Shown here: piece by piece, positions 33,558 through 43,314 of the stretch | Numbering within the stretch: position 1 is the first letter of the stretch | Layout of the letters: each line of letters begins with the position of its first letter | Notes under the pieces: generated by a model | What the model was told of the DNA's origin: nothing | The model's database searches: none | Seen by the model: only the letters and a program-made list of their open reading frames with translations | Position numbers and translations under genes: made by a program | Source: Barthelona sp. PAP020 | Lineage: Eukaryota | DNA: 43,314 bases | Assembly: GCA_040182905.1 (NCBI GenBank) | Contig: JARQWU010000063.1 | Coordinates: 1 to 43,314 of the forward strand | Direction of reading: 5' to 3'

Positions 33558-34083
33558 AACAGATGTTTAATAAATTTTTTTTGATTTTTCTTTTGAAGTT
33601 GTCAACCAAAGTGTTGATATTGAATTATAGACAAAGGAAGAGTTTATAGCAGACTAAAAGCGAATTGTTAGAACTTGGGGCTTTTATTTGGTTGACGTTT
33701 TTGGTTTAGCTATCACTTCATTGTTTGCTTGACTATCCATTAAGATTGATATGCAAAGAAATATGTGCCCATTAAGTCAGTGCAGCATTCATTTCATTTG
33801 AGAAATAGCGGCATCCGCCTTCACAAAGAAAGAATTAAGGGAAAGCTCAATTTATTAAAGTGCCATTACAAATAATATGCTGTCATTCAGACTTGTCGAT
33901 TGGAGCTCAGGCTATTTTAGATATTTGCTAGACTTGCATTCTTTGATTCTTTAAAATGAAAATGTTGCCATTTATCCTAATCACTGCTAATTTTGGATAT
34001 CATTGATTAAGATTCAATATATAAATAATAATGGGTAATTTGTGTTACCTAAAACAAAATAAAACCTCAAATTCATCAAATTT

Positions 34084-37000
34084 TTACACAAATCTTTGTA
34101 GGGGTGGTAAAGGTACCTTTGATTCACGGGTTATATCACTCAAGTTTTCTTTTTTTACGGAAATTTTATTGTCACTTTTAATTTGCTTTGCCTTTATATA
34201 AGCTGAAGAAACAAATGTTTCTGTTTCCTCTATGTATACAGGATCTGGAATATCCACTTTTGAGCAATTCCAAATATTCTCGCAATATTCTTTTATTGAC
34301 CTATCGCTGCTAAAGTAGTCCATTGAAAGCATAGCACTTGCAACTTTTTCAAACCAATCATTTGGATTTAAAAACGAGGTTTCAACATCTTCTTGGGCTT
34401 GCAAATAGCTATCCCAATCTTTGGCAATCAAATAGAAATCATTACCTTCTTCAATTGGGTTGATTAAATTCTCATACAATGCGTAATCTCCAAACATTCC
34501 AGATTTGATAAATTTGATCACAATTTTTAAAGTGCTTGGTATTTTACAAGGTGTCTTCTCTTTTCGGAAAAATTCAACTTCTTCTGCACTCGAACCAAAA
34601 ATAAACATCCTTTCTTGACCAATTTTTTCAGCAATTTCAACATTGGCACCATCATTAGTGCCAATGATTAACGAACCATTCATGACAAACTTCATGTTTG
34701 AAGTACCACTTGCCTCCATTCCTGCAGTAGAAATTTGTTCATTGATATCTGAGGCAGGAATTATGTATTCTGCTGAAGTTACGTTGTAGTCTGGTAAAAA
34801 GACAACCTTTAATGTTTCAGATATTTCAGCATCTTGATTTATAACTTCGGCCACAGAGTTTATAAGCTTGATTATCTTTTTTGCAGAATCATAACCAGGG
34901 GCAGCCTTACCTCCAATCAAAATCAATCTGGGAACACGTTCAATTTTTTTCTTTTTACAAATATAAAGATGAATTACGTGCAAAATGTTTAACAATTGAC
35001 GTTTATATTCATGAACTCGCTTTATTTGAATATCCCACAGTAATTTCTGATTAATGCCACTAAAAAAGTTGTGATGAAATTTGTCTACACTCTCATTCCT
35101 CTTTATCGCAAACAATTCTTCCTCTGTAAATAGCTTAGTCAGTAAAAACTTCAAAGCGCGATTTTTACATTGCCATTTTGTTTGAGAAATAACATTCAGC
35201 AACTGAAGCTTTTGTTTCTCATTTTGGAAGAACTTATCTCGAATTAAAGATAGTTTTCGCATATTTTTAATCCACACATCCCCCAATAAAACATTATAAA
35301 ACTTGGACAACATTGGATTTGTAATGTTTAACCATCTCCTTGGTGTGACGCCATTGGTGATGTTAACAAACTTTAAAGGCCATAATTGATAAAAGACTTG
35401 AAAAATGCTATTCTTAATAATACTTGTATGTAGCTTAGCAACACCATTAACACGCTTTGAACAAATTATCGCCAAATTGGCCATTCGTACTCGCTTATCT
35501 CCGTTGTTTTCTAAAATAATGGATACTTCGCTCAATTTATCTTTCAAATAAGAATAATCATTCTTTAAACTATACATACGAATGTTTTGCAAAAATTCAT
35601 GATTTATCTCATATATTATCAACATATGTCTGGGCAAAAGTCGATTTATCAAATCAACAGACCAAGTCTCCAATGCTTCAGGTAACACAGTGTGATTTGT
35701 GAAATTGAATATTGATTTACACAATGAAAAGCTCTCTGAAAAGGAAATACGATAATCATCAATCAAAATTCTAATTAATTCAGGTATAGCTAGGGTTGGA
35801 TGGGTATCATTCAGTTGGATAGAAACCATTTCCCTGAATTTGTCCCAATTTTGAGAGACTTTGAAAAATTTATACAAAATATCCTGCAATGATGCAGAAG
35901 TAAAGAAATATTGTTGTTTGAACCTCAATTCTTTCCCAACAACAGTAGAATCATCGGGATATAAAACAGAGGTAAGTTCAGACGCATGTTGACGTGCCTT
36001 TAAAGCTTGAAAATAATCTCCCTTGTTAAAGCTTAGTAAATCAAATTCATGTGAGGGTTCACTGGACCATAATCGTAATGTCGCCACATATCTGTTGTCA
36101 TAACCTGGTATCAAAATGTCATTGGCAACAGCAATTATCTCTTCATCTGGTGTCCATTTGTATATTCCAAAAGCTTCAGGACAAAGTTGACTGGGTGAAC
36201 CAGGACCAGTCTCGACATCGAAGTTTAACAAACACACATCTGCCGCTTTTTCGATTAATTCAATTTTTCCCCCAAATTGAACCGTATACTCAATATCCAA
36301 CCGTTTAATCTGCCATGGATTTCCTTGCGTCAACCAATAATCAGGCAATTCATGTTGATAACCATCAATAATTTTCTGTTGAAACATGCCGTATTGATAT
36401 TGAAGACCATAACCCATAAAAGGTATGCCCAAAGTGCTAGCAGAATCAATATAACATGCAGCTAATCTCCCAAGACCACCATTACCAAGAGCAGCATCTT
36501 TTTCAATTTCAGCAATGGTTTGAAGATCAAAACCTAACTCTTTGATGGCTTGTTCATACAAGGAATACATTTTAAGACTATGCAAATTTTTCAATAGCAT
36601 TCTTCCAATGAGCCACTCAATTGATAGATAAAAGACTCTCTTGGCTGATACTGCTTCCACATGCAATTGAGAATCGTTCCATAATTCAATCATTCTGTCA
36701 CGAATTGATAATGCAGTGGCCATATACATTGCATCACAATCAATGTTGATTCTGTTACGTGCTAGAGTAAATTCAAGATGATGAACGATTTGTTTTTGAA
36801 TTCCCAAAATTGATTTTGGCTGATATGTGGCCATCAAATAAAATAATTTCTCAGCATTGTAGGTTGCACAACTTTGTAGACTTTGAGGCAAATTTATTTT
36901 TGGTTTATTTTCATTGGTTGTATACTTTTCAGGTATATAACGCATTTGTTTTCTCAAATCTGATGGCATTTCAATTGGAGTATAAGGTTTTTGAGAAAAT

Positions 37001-37317
37001 AATGTCAATCTACTGGCAATGTCTTTTTCTTCTAATGATTCTTCCTTTAATATTTTAGACTTGTCAATTAATTCATATTCTATTTGAAATTTTGAGTCAG
37101 AGTCAAACTCATCATCATTTTGAATGTTTTCTTCAACCAATATAGGATCTTTTTTTTCATTATTTTCCACAAAACCAAAAGTACTTTGTTCTTCAAAATT
37201 GGGAAGCAATGGGGAATTTTGAGTTTTTGAATATGATGAAAAATCAAACAAAGCTGCTGACGAAATATCTTCATCAGGACTACTTTCTTCGCTTTTGTAT
37301 CCACTGAGTGCGTCCAT
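34084..37317 (-). CDS. Glycogen/alpha-glucan phosphorylase (GT35), ~1077 aa (first ATG at 37317)
   Basis: DAALGNGGLGRLAAC, LYPDDS...GKELRFKQQY, QLNDTHP, TNHTVLPEALE, NGVTPRRW, KRVHEYKRQ, GGKAAPGY and the PLP-lysine motif EASGTSNMKFVMNG. Confidence 0.97.
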   Translation of the reverse strand: MDALSGYKSEESSPDEDISSAALFDFSSYSKTQNSPLLPNFEEQSTFGFVENNEKKDPILVEENIQNDDEFDSDSKFQIEYELIDKSKILKEESLEEKDIASRLTLFSQKPYTPIEMPSDLRKQMRYIPEKYTTNENKPKINLPQSLQSCATYNAEKLFYLMATYQPKSILGIQKQIVHHLEFTLARNRINIDCDAMYMATALSIRDRMIELWNDSQLHVEAVSAKRVFYLSIEWLIGRMLLKNLHSLKMYSLYEQAIKELGFDLQTIAEIEKDAALGNGGLGRLAACYIDSASTLGIPFMGYGLQYQYGMFQQKIIDGYQHELPDYWLTQGNPWQIKRLDIEYTVQFGGKIELIEKAADVCLLNFDVETGPGSPSQLCPEAFGIYKWTPDEEIIAVANDILIPGYDNRYVATLRLWSSEPSHEFDLLSFNKGDYFQALKARQHASELTSVLYPDDSTVVGKELRFKQQYFFTSASLQDILYKFFKVSQNWDKFREMVSIQLNDTHPTLAIPELIRILIDDYRISFSESFSLCKSIFNFTNHTVLPEALETWSVDLINRLLPRHMLIIYEINHEFLQNIRMYSLKNDYSYLKDKLSEVSIILENNGDKRVRMANLAIICSKRVNGVAKLHTSIIKNSIFQVFYQLWPLKFVNITNGVTPRRWLNITNPMLSKFYNVLLGDVWIKNMRKLSLIRDKFFQNEKQKLQLLNVISQTKWQCKNRALKFLLTKLFTEEELFAIKRNESVDKFHHNFFSGINQKLLWDIQIKRVHEYKRQLLNILHVIHLYICKKKKIERVPRLILIGGKAAPGYDSAKKIIKLINSVAEVINQDAEISETLKVVFLPDYNVTSAEYIIPASDINEQISTAGMEASGTSNMKFVMNGSLIIGTNDGANVEIAEKIGQERMFIFGSSAEEVEFFRKEKTPCKIPSTLKIVIKFIKSGMFGDYALYENLINPIEEGNDFYLIAKDWDSYLQAQEDVETSFLNPNDWFEKVASAMLSMDYFSSDRSIKEYCENIWNCSKVDIPDPVYIEETETFVSSAYIKAKQIKSDNKISVKKENLSDITRESKVPLPPLQRFV

Positions 37318-37577
37318 AAATTCTAATAAAAAGAGAAAAATTCTATTTACAGCATCTGATGTGTATACAGGCAATAAAGGAAAAAATTTCACAAAACATC
37401 CGTGCTGTAAAATATTCTTTTCATAATTGTTTAATTATTCAAATTAATTTGAAGATAAATATCATTTGATCAATTCAAAATTTTTGATTGTGTCAAAAAA
37501 AAAAAAAAATTGAATCAAGGAATATTTATAAAAATACATTAAAATTAAAACAATAACCGTGCAAATAAGGGAATTTC

Positions 37578-39578
37578 TTATTCAGGTACATTTTCATCTT
37601 GGATAACATCCTGTCTATGTTGTTCTGTAGGTTGATTTTTGTCACTTCTCAGTAAACGATATGAAGCACCATATTTTGTGTTTGCAGTTGAAGGATTATG
37701 TAAATATGGGTCACTTTGTCGAATATGGTTGTTTAAAAGACCCGAAATAAGACCAATAGAAGGAGTTTTTGGTCTAAATTGATAAGTTTTGGTTTTTAAA
37801 GTTTCATTAATATCAGAATCGTAATCTAATGTTTGAGTTGAACCATCAATTAATTCTAAATCATTAATTTCAACTTTACTTTCCAGAAGTTTGCCTGGGT
37901 CATCTAATGCTTTGCGTTGTTCTTGTGTTAATTCGTGTGGTGTAATTTCCAAACCCAATTTTGGATTATAAAAGCTGTAAACTTTACTTCTTGAACTTTT
38001 ATCACGGATATCATCTAATATTTTGTCAACACGCTCTGTTGCATTTTCTGAAACCTTGCCAGTCTCTTTTTCTTGTTGAAAGACCCCTCTGGTGATTTCT
38101 TCATACAATAGAGAATCTAAAGCATGCATAATAACATCATCTTCTTTTGTTGAAAGATTAACGAAGATTTTGTTGATGAATTTCTTCTCAAAAAACCTCC
38201 AAAAATCTACGTACCAATGTTGCTTTTCACCCATCAAAACTTTAATAACGTTAGTTGCAATGGGTAAGGCCTTTTCAAATATCTCAGTTGCTATTGAAGT
38301 ACTTTCATCACGTTTCTTTATTTGTAGCCATTTAAGAACAAATCTAATTGTTGAACCATTCACAAAAACTGTAAACAACACAATAAATAGGGAAGTTCCG
38401 ATGATTACTTGTTTGTAGTTGAAAGAATCAGCCAAAGAGAATGCCAAAGCAAATGCAATAGCTCCTCTTAAACCACCATACGTCATTATAAACTGATCTT
38501 TCAAGGTGACTCTATGGATTCTACCTAAGTTTGCAAGTATGGATAATAGTGCAATCACACCACCACGTATTAGAAAGATCAGCCCCAAGGTCCAAAAATT
38601 CATATTCCAATTCCATATTATGCCTGGTTCTACAGCTAATGTGACACCCAACAACGCAAATATCAATGTTTCAGTGATAGATGCAAGAATTTTCAAACTG
38701 TACTCAATTGTTATGTGAGAGTGATAAGAAATATTGTTTTCAACATATTTAGACATTACCATTCCTGCAAATAACACAGCAACTATACCTGAAACAGAAG
38801 CAACTTCAGCAACAACATAAGAAATATATCCAAAGGAAAAAACAAAAATCGTATCCAAAATAACAGATCTTTCAGTATATTTGGTACAAAATGCAGCAAG
38901 TAGTCCTCCAACAAGACCAATTCCAATACCACCAAATGAAACAGACAGAAATTTCCCAACAGATGTCGCAATCAAGCCAACTGTTACCGCTTCATTTGTT
39001 TCTGCCAAATCAACAAACAATCTATACAATACAATGGACACTGCATCATTCAGAACAGACTCACCAAACACAAGAATATTCAGAGTGTGATTCACATGTG
39101 TTGCCTCAAAAATAGCTAACACAGCAACAGGATCAACTGCTGATATCAAAGCACCAAAAGCTAAAGCTTCAAAAATATTTAGTTCAATATTTATCCATCC
39201 CATATCCATCAGGACATATATAGCTCCACCAGTTAAAAAAGTTGATAATAGAGTACCAATAACAGCATAGAGTAAAATAGTACCCATGTTGTGAAAGAAA
39301 AACCCTTTTTGTAAATGGTATCCCGCTTCAAAAATAATTGGAGGCAGTAATAAGAGAAAGAAAGTTTCTGTTTCAAAAGATAGAATAGTTCTTTCTTCAT
39401 CATATTGTGTTGCGAGATCTACAAACAACCCAACAATTACTCCAAGTAAAATAACAACTGCCGATTCTGGTAATGCACTTATTTTCAGTTTATGATACAA
39501 TAATCGGACAATAGATATTAATATAATAAAAATTAAAATAATGACCGTATCGATGGCCATTTGATGTGATTCTGACAT
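37578..39578 (-). CDS. Na+/H+ exchanger, CPA1/NHE (SLC9A-like), 666 aa
   Basis: FFLLLLPPIIFEAGY, FGALISAVDPVAVLAIF, VFGESVLNDAVSIVLY, GGLRGAIAFALA; ~12 TM segments plus a cytosolic tail. Confidence 0.96.
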   Translation of the reverse strand: MSESHQMAIDTVIILIFIILISIVRLLYHKLKISALPESAVVILLGVIVGLFVDLATQYDEERTILSFETETFFLLLLPPIIFEAGYHLQKGFFFHNMGTILLYAVIGTLLSTFLTGGAIYVLMDMGWINIELNIFEALAFGALISAVDPVAVLAIFEATHVNHTLNILVFGESVLNDAVSIVLYRLFVDLAETNEAVTVGLIATSVGKFLSVSFGGIGIGLVGGLLAAFCTKYTERSVILDTIFVFSFGYISYVVAEVASVSGIVAVLFAGMVMSKYVENNISYHSHITIEYSLKILASITETLIFALLGVTLAVEPGIIWNWNMNFWTLGLIFLIRGGVIALLSILANLGRIHRVTLKDQFIMTYGGLRGAIAFALAFSLADSFNYKQVIIGTSLFIVLFTVFVNGSTIRFVLKWLQIKKRDESTSIATEIFEKALPIATNVIKVLMGEKQHWYVDFWRFFEKKFINKIFVNLSTKEDDVIMHALDSLLYEEITRGVFQQEKETGKVSENATERVDKILDDIRDKSSRSKVYSFYNPKLGLEITPHELTQEQRKALDDPGKLLESKVEINDLELIDGSTQTLDYDSDINETLKTKTYQFRPKTPSIGLISGLLNNHIRQSDPYLHNPSTANTKYGASYRLLRSDKNQPTEQHRQDVIQDENVPE

Positions 39579-39925
39579 AATACACCAATAATATTATTAC
39601 TTATTGGAAATTTTTAAAGAGTTTTCGATTATTTTAACTTCAAAATCACTCTCTTTTAAAAACAAAAACAAAACATTCGCAGATTTTTTTCTTTACAGTT
39701 TCAATTTTTTCAATTCTATGCCACGATTCCTTGTGATAAAATAACAATAATCCATTGGTTTTCAATAAAGTTTGAAAATTTTTAATGAACACTTTTCAAA
39801 ATTTTGTTGGATTTTGATTTAATTGATTATTTAATTATTAAATATTTCCCAAAATTATATTTTCTTGTTTGTAAAGAGAAAATTATAAAAAAAATTGTTT
39901 TGCCTGCATTTTAAAAAGAGTTGTA

Positions 39926-42160
39926 ATGAGTTACTTGTGCATAATTTCTTCAAACAAAAAGTTTTCATTTATTCATTGGAAATCTGTTGAAGAAAATATT
40001 TGTTATCGAAGAAGTTGTGGATTAAAATTTGTTACTGAATGTAAGAAATTTTTTTAACAATTCAAAGAGCTAATATATAATATAGACTGTAATAATAATG
40101 ATTTTACTAAATTAATAATCAATTCAAATGTGCCTATTGATACAATAGCGATATTAAATGAAAAGACTGAGAATAATTTGGTTATTCGAAGCAACAAAGA
40201 ATTTTCCACAGCTAAGGGAATTCAAACATTAAAATTGTTAAATTTTTCGTCCCATTTATTGCCAAAAGTAAATTATTTTTTTGATAATAGAGATATGATA
40301 AAGTTATTCAGTGGAATGTTTTCTGAGTTTAATGAAAAGATAATAATAAATGAAAAGATATATATAAAACAAATAAATAAAGCAAATACAATTAAAAATT
40401 TTGATGTTGATGAAATAACGTTAAATTTTTGTCAAATATTTAACTCAAACAATAATTTTAATTGGTTTGATTTTTTATTTAGAGAAGGATTTATAATTAA
40501 TTCCAGTATAAATTATATAAAAGATAGAATCATTAATCCTTCAATGGATATTGAAGAGATTGAACGATGGCATGAAATGATCCGATATTTTTCCAACGAT
40601 CCGAATGTTGCAGCAGATATTTATAATTTGCTTAAGAAAGTGAAATCATTCAAATTTTATGAAACTTTTTATCAAACGATGATTAAAAATGAAAAGAATG
40701 GAAAAGAATGGAATAATTTATATGATTCATTGAAAAATTCTTTGGAGATTTTGAAATTTTTGAAATTTTCAAAAGTTTTTCATTTTTTCAATGAACATAC
40801 TGAATATGATTTGAAAGATGATGATAATGAAAAAGTTACACAATTTTTAAATAAAATAGAACAAGTTATAAATTATAAAGCAAAAAATATTGAACAAATC
40901 ATTAAAAAAGATGTTGATGAAGATATTGATCGAATGCGTGATATATTAATAAATATGAATAGTTTATTAACTGCATATGCACAAGAAATATTGAATGATG
41001 ATACTTTTCCCAAAGAAATTGAATCAATCAATTTGTTATATTTAGAACAGATAGGCTTTGTTATTATTTCTAATATGAATGATTGGAAAATAATTCAAAA
41101 GTATGAGATTTTAGATCCTTTATTAATTAATGAACAAGATGAACAATGTTTATATAAGATTAAACAAGTAAAACGATTAGATGATGAAATTGGAGATGTT
41201 CGATCTGATTTAAAAGATCTTTGTTTGGCATATTTGAATAAATTATTGAAATATTTAAATGATTTGATACCGATGATAAAGACTTGGTATAATACATTTC
41301 ATCTTATTGATGTATCAATACTTTCAAGTAAGATTCTTCTAAATGCTAATTTTTGCCTCCCTAATTTTATAAATGAATCTCAAAATCAAATTCTATCCTT
41401 CAATTCAATTTCAACTCTTGAATTTTCTCAAAAAAATACTTTAATTTCTCAAAAAGATTCAAAAATCATTGTCAGTGGTTCCCATCAATGTGGTAAGACT
41501 ACTTTATTAAGAACTATTGGAGCAATTCAAATATTAGCTCAAGCTGGTTTACCGGTACCTTGTTCATCATGTGATTTATTACTTTTGAATTCAATTGTGG
41601 CTGTATATCCTTTATTAAATGTGAAAGACTCTTTATTTGCTTCTTCAATGAAAAGACTTGCAACTATTTTTACAAAACAAAATGAAAATCAATTAATTCT
41701 TTTGGATGAACCATTTAATGGGACAAATCCAATGGATGCTCATGCTTTAACAATGAGTTTATTGGAAGAACAATTTTATGGATTAGTAGTGTTAACTTTA
41801 TCCGCTGACATTGATGTGAACAGTCAAATAAATGCAAATACCCAAAACCTTTTGAAATTTTACAAAGGAGAAATGAATTTGAACATGAAACCCACATTTC
41901 ATTTTACTGAAGGTTTTTCTTCCGGTTTTTATGGAATATTGCTGGCAGAACAATTAAATGTTGATCAGGATTTTATGAATAGAGTTCAATTTGTTCATGA
42001 ATTTGTGTCAAAGGAAGAAGAAATTAGCATTCCTCCTTTGGGTGTGAATATAGACGTATTTAAAGAAATTGATAACGTATATCAACAATTACTCAATGCA
42101 AAAACAAAGAAAGATATCCCTACTTTGCTAGATGTTCTTCAAAAATTTTATCTTTGTTGA
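39926..42160 (+). CDS. MSH5: MutS homolog 5 (meiotic MutS-gamma subunit), divergent; join(39926..40040,40086..42160), ~729 aa
   Basis: YLEQIGFVI and RLDDEIGDVRSDLKD resemble MSH5 YIPxIGFL / LD..LGD. ATPase region GSHQCGKTTLLRTIG...LAQAGLPVP, LILLDEPFNGTNPMDA, FYGILLAEQL. No mismatch-binding domain I. Confidence 0.72.
40041..40085 (+). other. Spliceosomal intron, 45 nt, phase 1 (MSH5)
   Basis: GTAAGAAATTTTTTTAACAATTCAAAGAGCTAATATATAATATAG. It contains an in-frame TAA; removal joins the ATG-39926 exon (MSYLCIISSNKK...VTE) to Y-CNNNDF in frame. Confidence 0.8.
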
Positions 42161-42184
42161 AAGTGAAGCATTTTTTGAAAGAAT

Positions 42185-42188
<4 letters not shown>

Positions 42189-42222
<34 letters not shown>
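42189..42222. repeat. (TC)17 dinucleotide microsatellite
   Basis: Perfect tc run starting ~29 bp after the MSH5 stop. Confidence 0.95.
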
Positions 42223-42226
<4 letters not shown>

Positions 42227-43314
42227 AATAGGTTTTCATTCACGTTTATAGACGCCCTGATTATCGCAACAGAGAGAGATAATCACATATGTAGACAAAG
42301 TTTCCAGTATTAGAAGTGATCAGTAAAAAATCGTTTTGGCGGTAAAGTGAAAAGGATTTACATTAGTTTTATTTTCTGTTCTACACAGCAAGCTCACATT
42401 CTAAGATTACGTTTTTTTTTTTTTTTTTAAAAGAAGACTACCCTTCGACATCAATTACGCTCAAGACAAGTTCGATCACCCCAGTAAAATCTCAAGCGCT
42501 CAGAAACAAAGTATATAAACAAAAAAACTTATAAATGAAAAAGTCTCTATCTCTCTCTCTATAAACCAAATTTAATTTTTCTTCTTGTTTGAATGTTTTC
42601 CAGAACTTTTCAAAATTTAAGACTGAAGAGCTCAGTTGATTAATAAATAATAAACCTTTACCTTTGTCTATATCAGGGAGGGGAAGAAGTTCCAACGTTC
42701 CTTTCAGGAATCTTTCAGTCTTAACTCTTTTATTTCGCTTTCCAGTGGAAAGGGCTGTTTTGTGCGATGTGCGAAAGTTTTGCAATACTGTTTGTTCAAA
42801 AGAGTGCGAGGTTCCAATATTCTTGAAATTTATCCTAAAGGTAAATATTTCGATCTGGTAACAATATCTCCTTTTACACAACTTTCATTCCATTTTTCCA
42901 AATTTTTCATAGATTTGTTGATTCATATTAGGTAAAATAAATGAGCAGAATTTTCAACATTTTAAAAATGAAATGAAACAAAATATGTAAAAATTGAATA
43001 TAAAATGAATAAATAAATAAAAATTAAAATAAAATAATTATTTTCAAACTAAGAAACAATGTACGTATGAGTGAATAAGAAAACATAATATTTATTAGGC
43101 TAACCGTTTTTATCAGACATTTATGAGGTATGAGTTGTTCAGTAAACAACGAAACGAGTTGGTTTAAGGTTTGGGAAAAAAACTCACGAGGACTCAGATG
43201 CCCAAGTAACTAAAAAAAATTGGACCTAATGTGGAAGTTCATGCTCAATGAACGGAATTTATTGGTCCAGTTGTGAAACAACTATATTTATTTACAAAGA
43301 AAGTAAACTCAGAA

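Noticed and set aside
33838..33895. RNase P/MRP-like words (GGGAAAGCTC; ATTCAGACT)
   Set aside because: The complementary P4 partner (GTCTGA) was not found upstream and the motif order does not fit.
1053..41897. Many short antisense or alternate-frame ORFs in the track (e.g. 1341-1730, 10249-10566, 16621-17082, 27014-27544, 30074-30457)
   Set aside because: They lie within well-supported genes and are shadow frames; Ser-rich ones simply mirror acidic codons.
830..42160. Alternative genetic code / stop-codon reassignment
   Set aside because: Conserved genes end at expected positions with TAA, TAG and TGA, and no in-frame stops interrupt conserved domains.
42269..42292. ACAGAGA box suggestive of U6 snRNA
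   Set aside because: Not followed by AGATTAGCA or the U6 internal stem-loop.
42440..42485. GTTCGATC resembling a tRNA T-loop
   Set aside because: No T-stem, acceptor stem or cloverleaf can be formed.
42492..42881. 129-aa minus-strand ORF as a real gene
   Set aside because: Non-ATG start, runs through a microsatellite, no motif; treated only as a possible relic.

Overview
AT-rich, gene-dense, intron-poor eukaryotic (protist-like) genomic DNA. It uses the standard code, with TAA, TAG and TGA all serving as stops. It is not prokaryotic: I saw no operons, CRISPR arrays, rRNA or tRNA genes. About 15 protein genes: CDK5RAP3/C53, PNO1, an acidic hypothetical protein, a WD40 protein, UTP10/HEATR1, a small hypothetical protein, a Cdc7-like kinase, an AIR9-like LRR + A9-repeat protein, a ~1960-aa orphan type-I membrane protein, an alpha2delta/CACHD1-like VWA-Cache membrane protein, SPT16, NUP35/Nup53, glycogen phosphorylase, an NHE-type Na+/H+ exchanger and a divergent MSH5. 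The main structure missed by the ORF track is three tiny (38, 43, 45 nt) GT-AG introns, each near the 5' end of its gene, with a CTAAY branch point 7-11 nt before an A-rich ...ATAG acceptor. Splicing them restores ATG starts for UTP10, AIR9 and MSH5. Intron style plus AIR9 suggest an excavate/metamonad-type protist (inference). All protein identities come from motif recognition by eye, not database searches.
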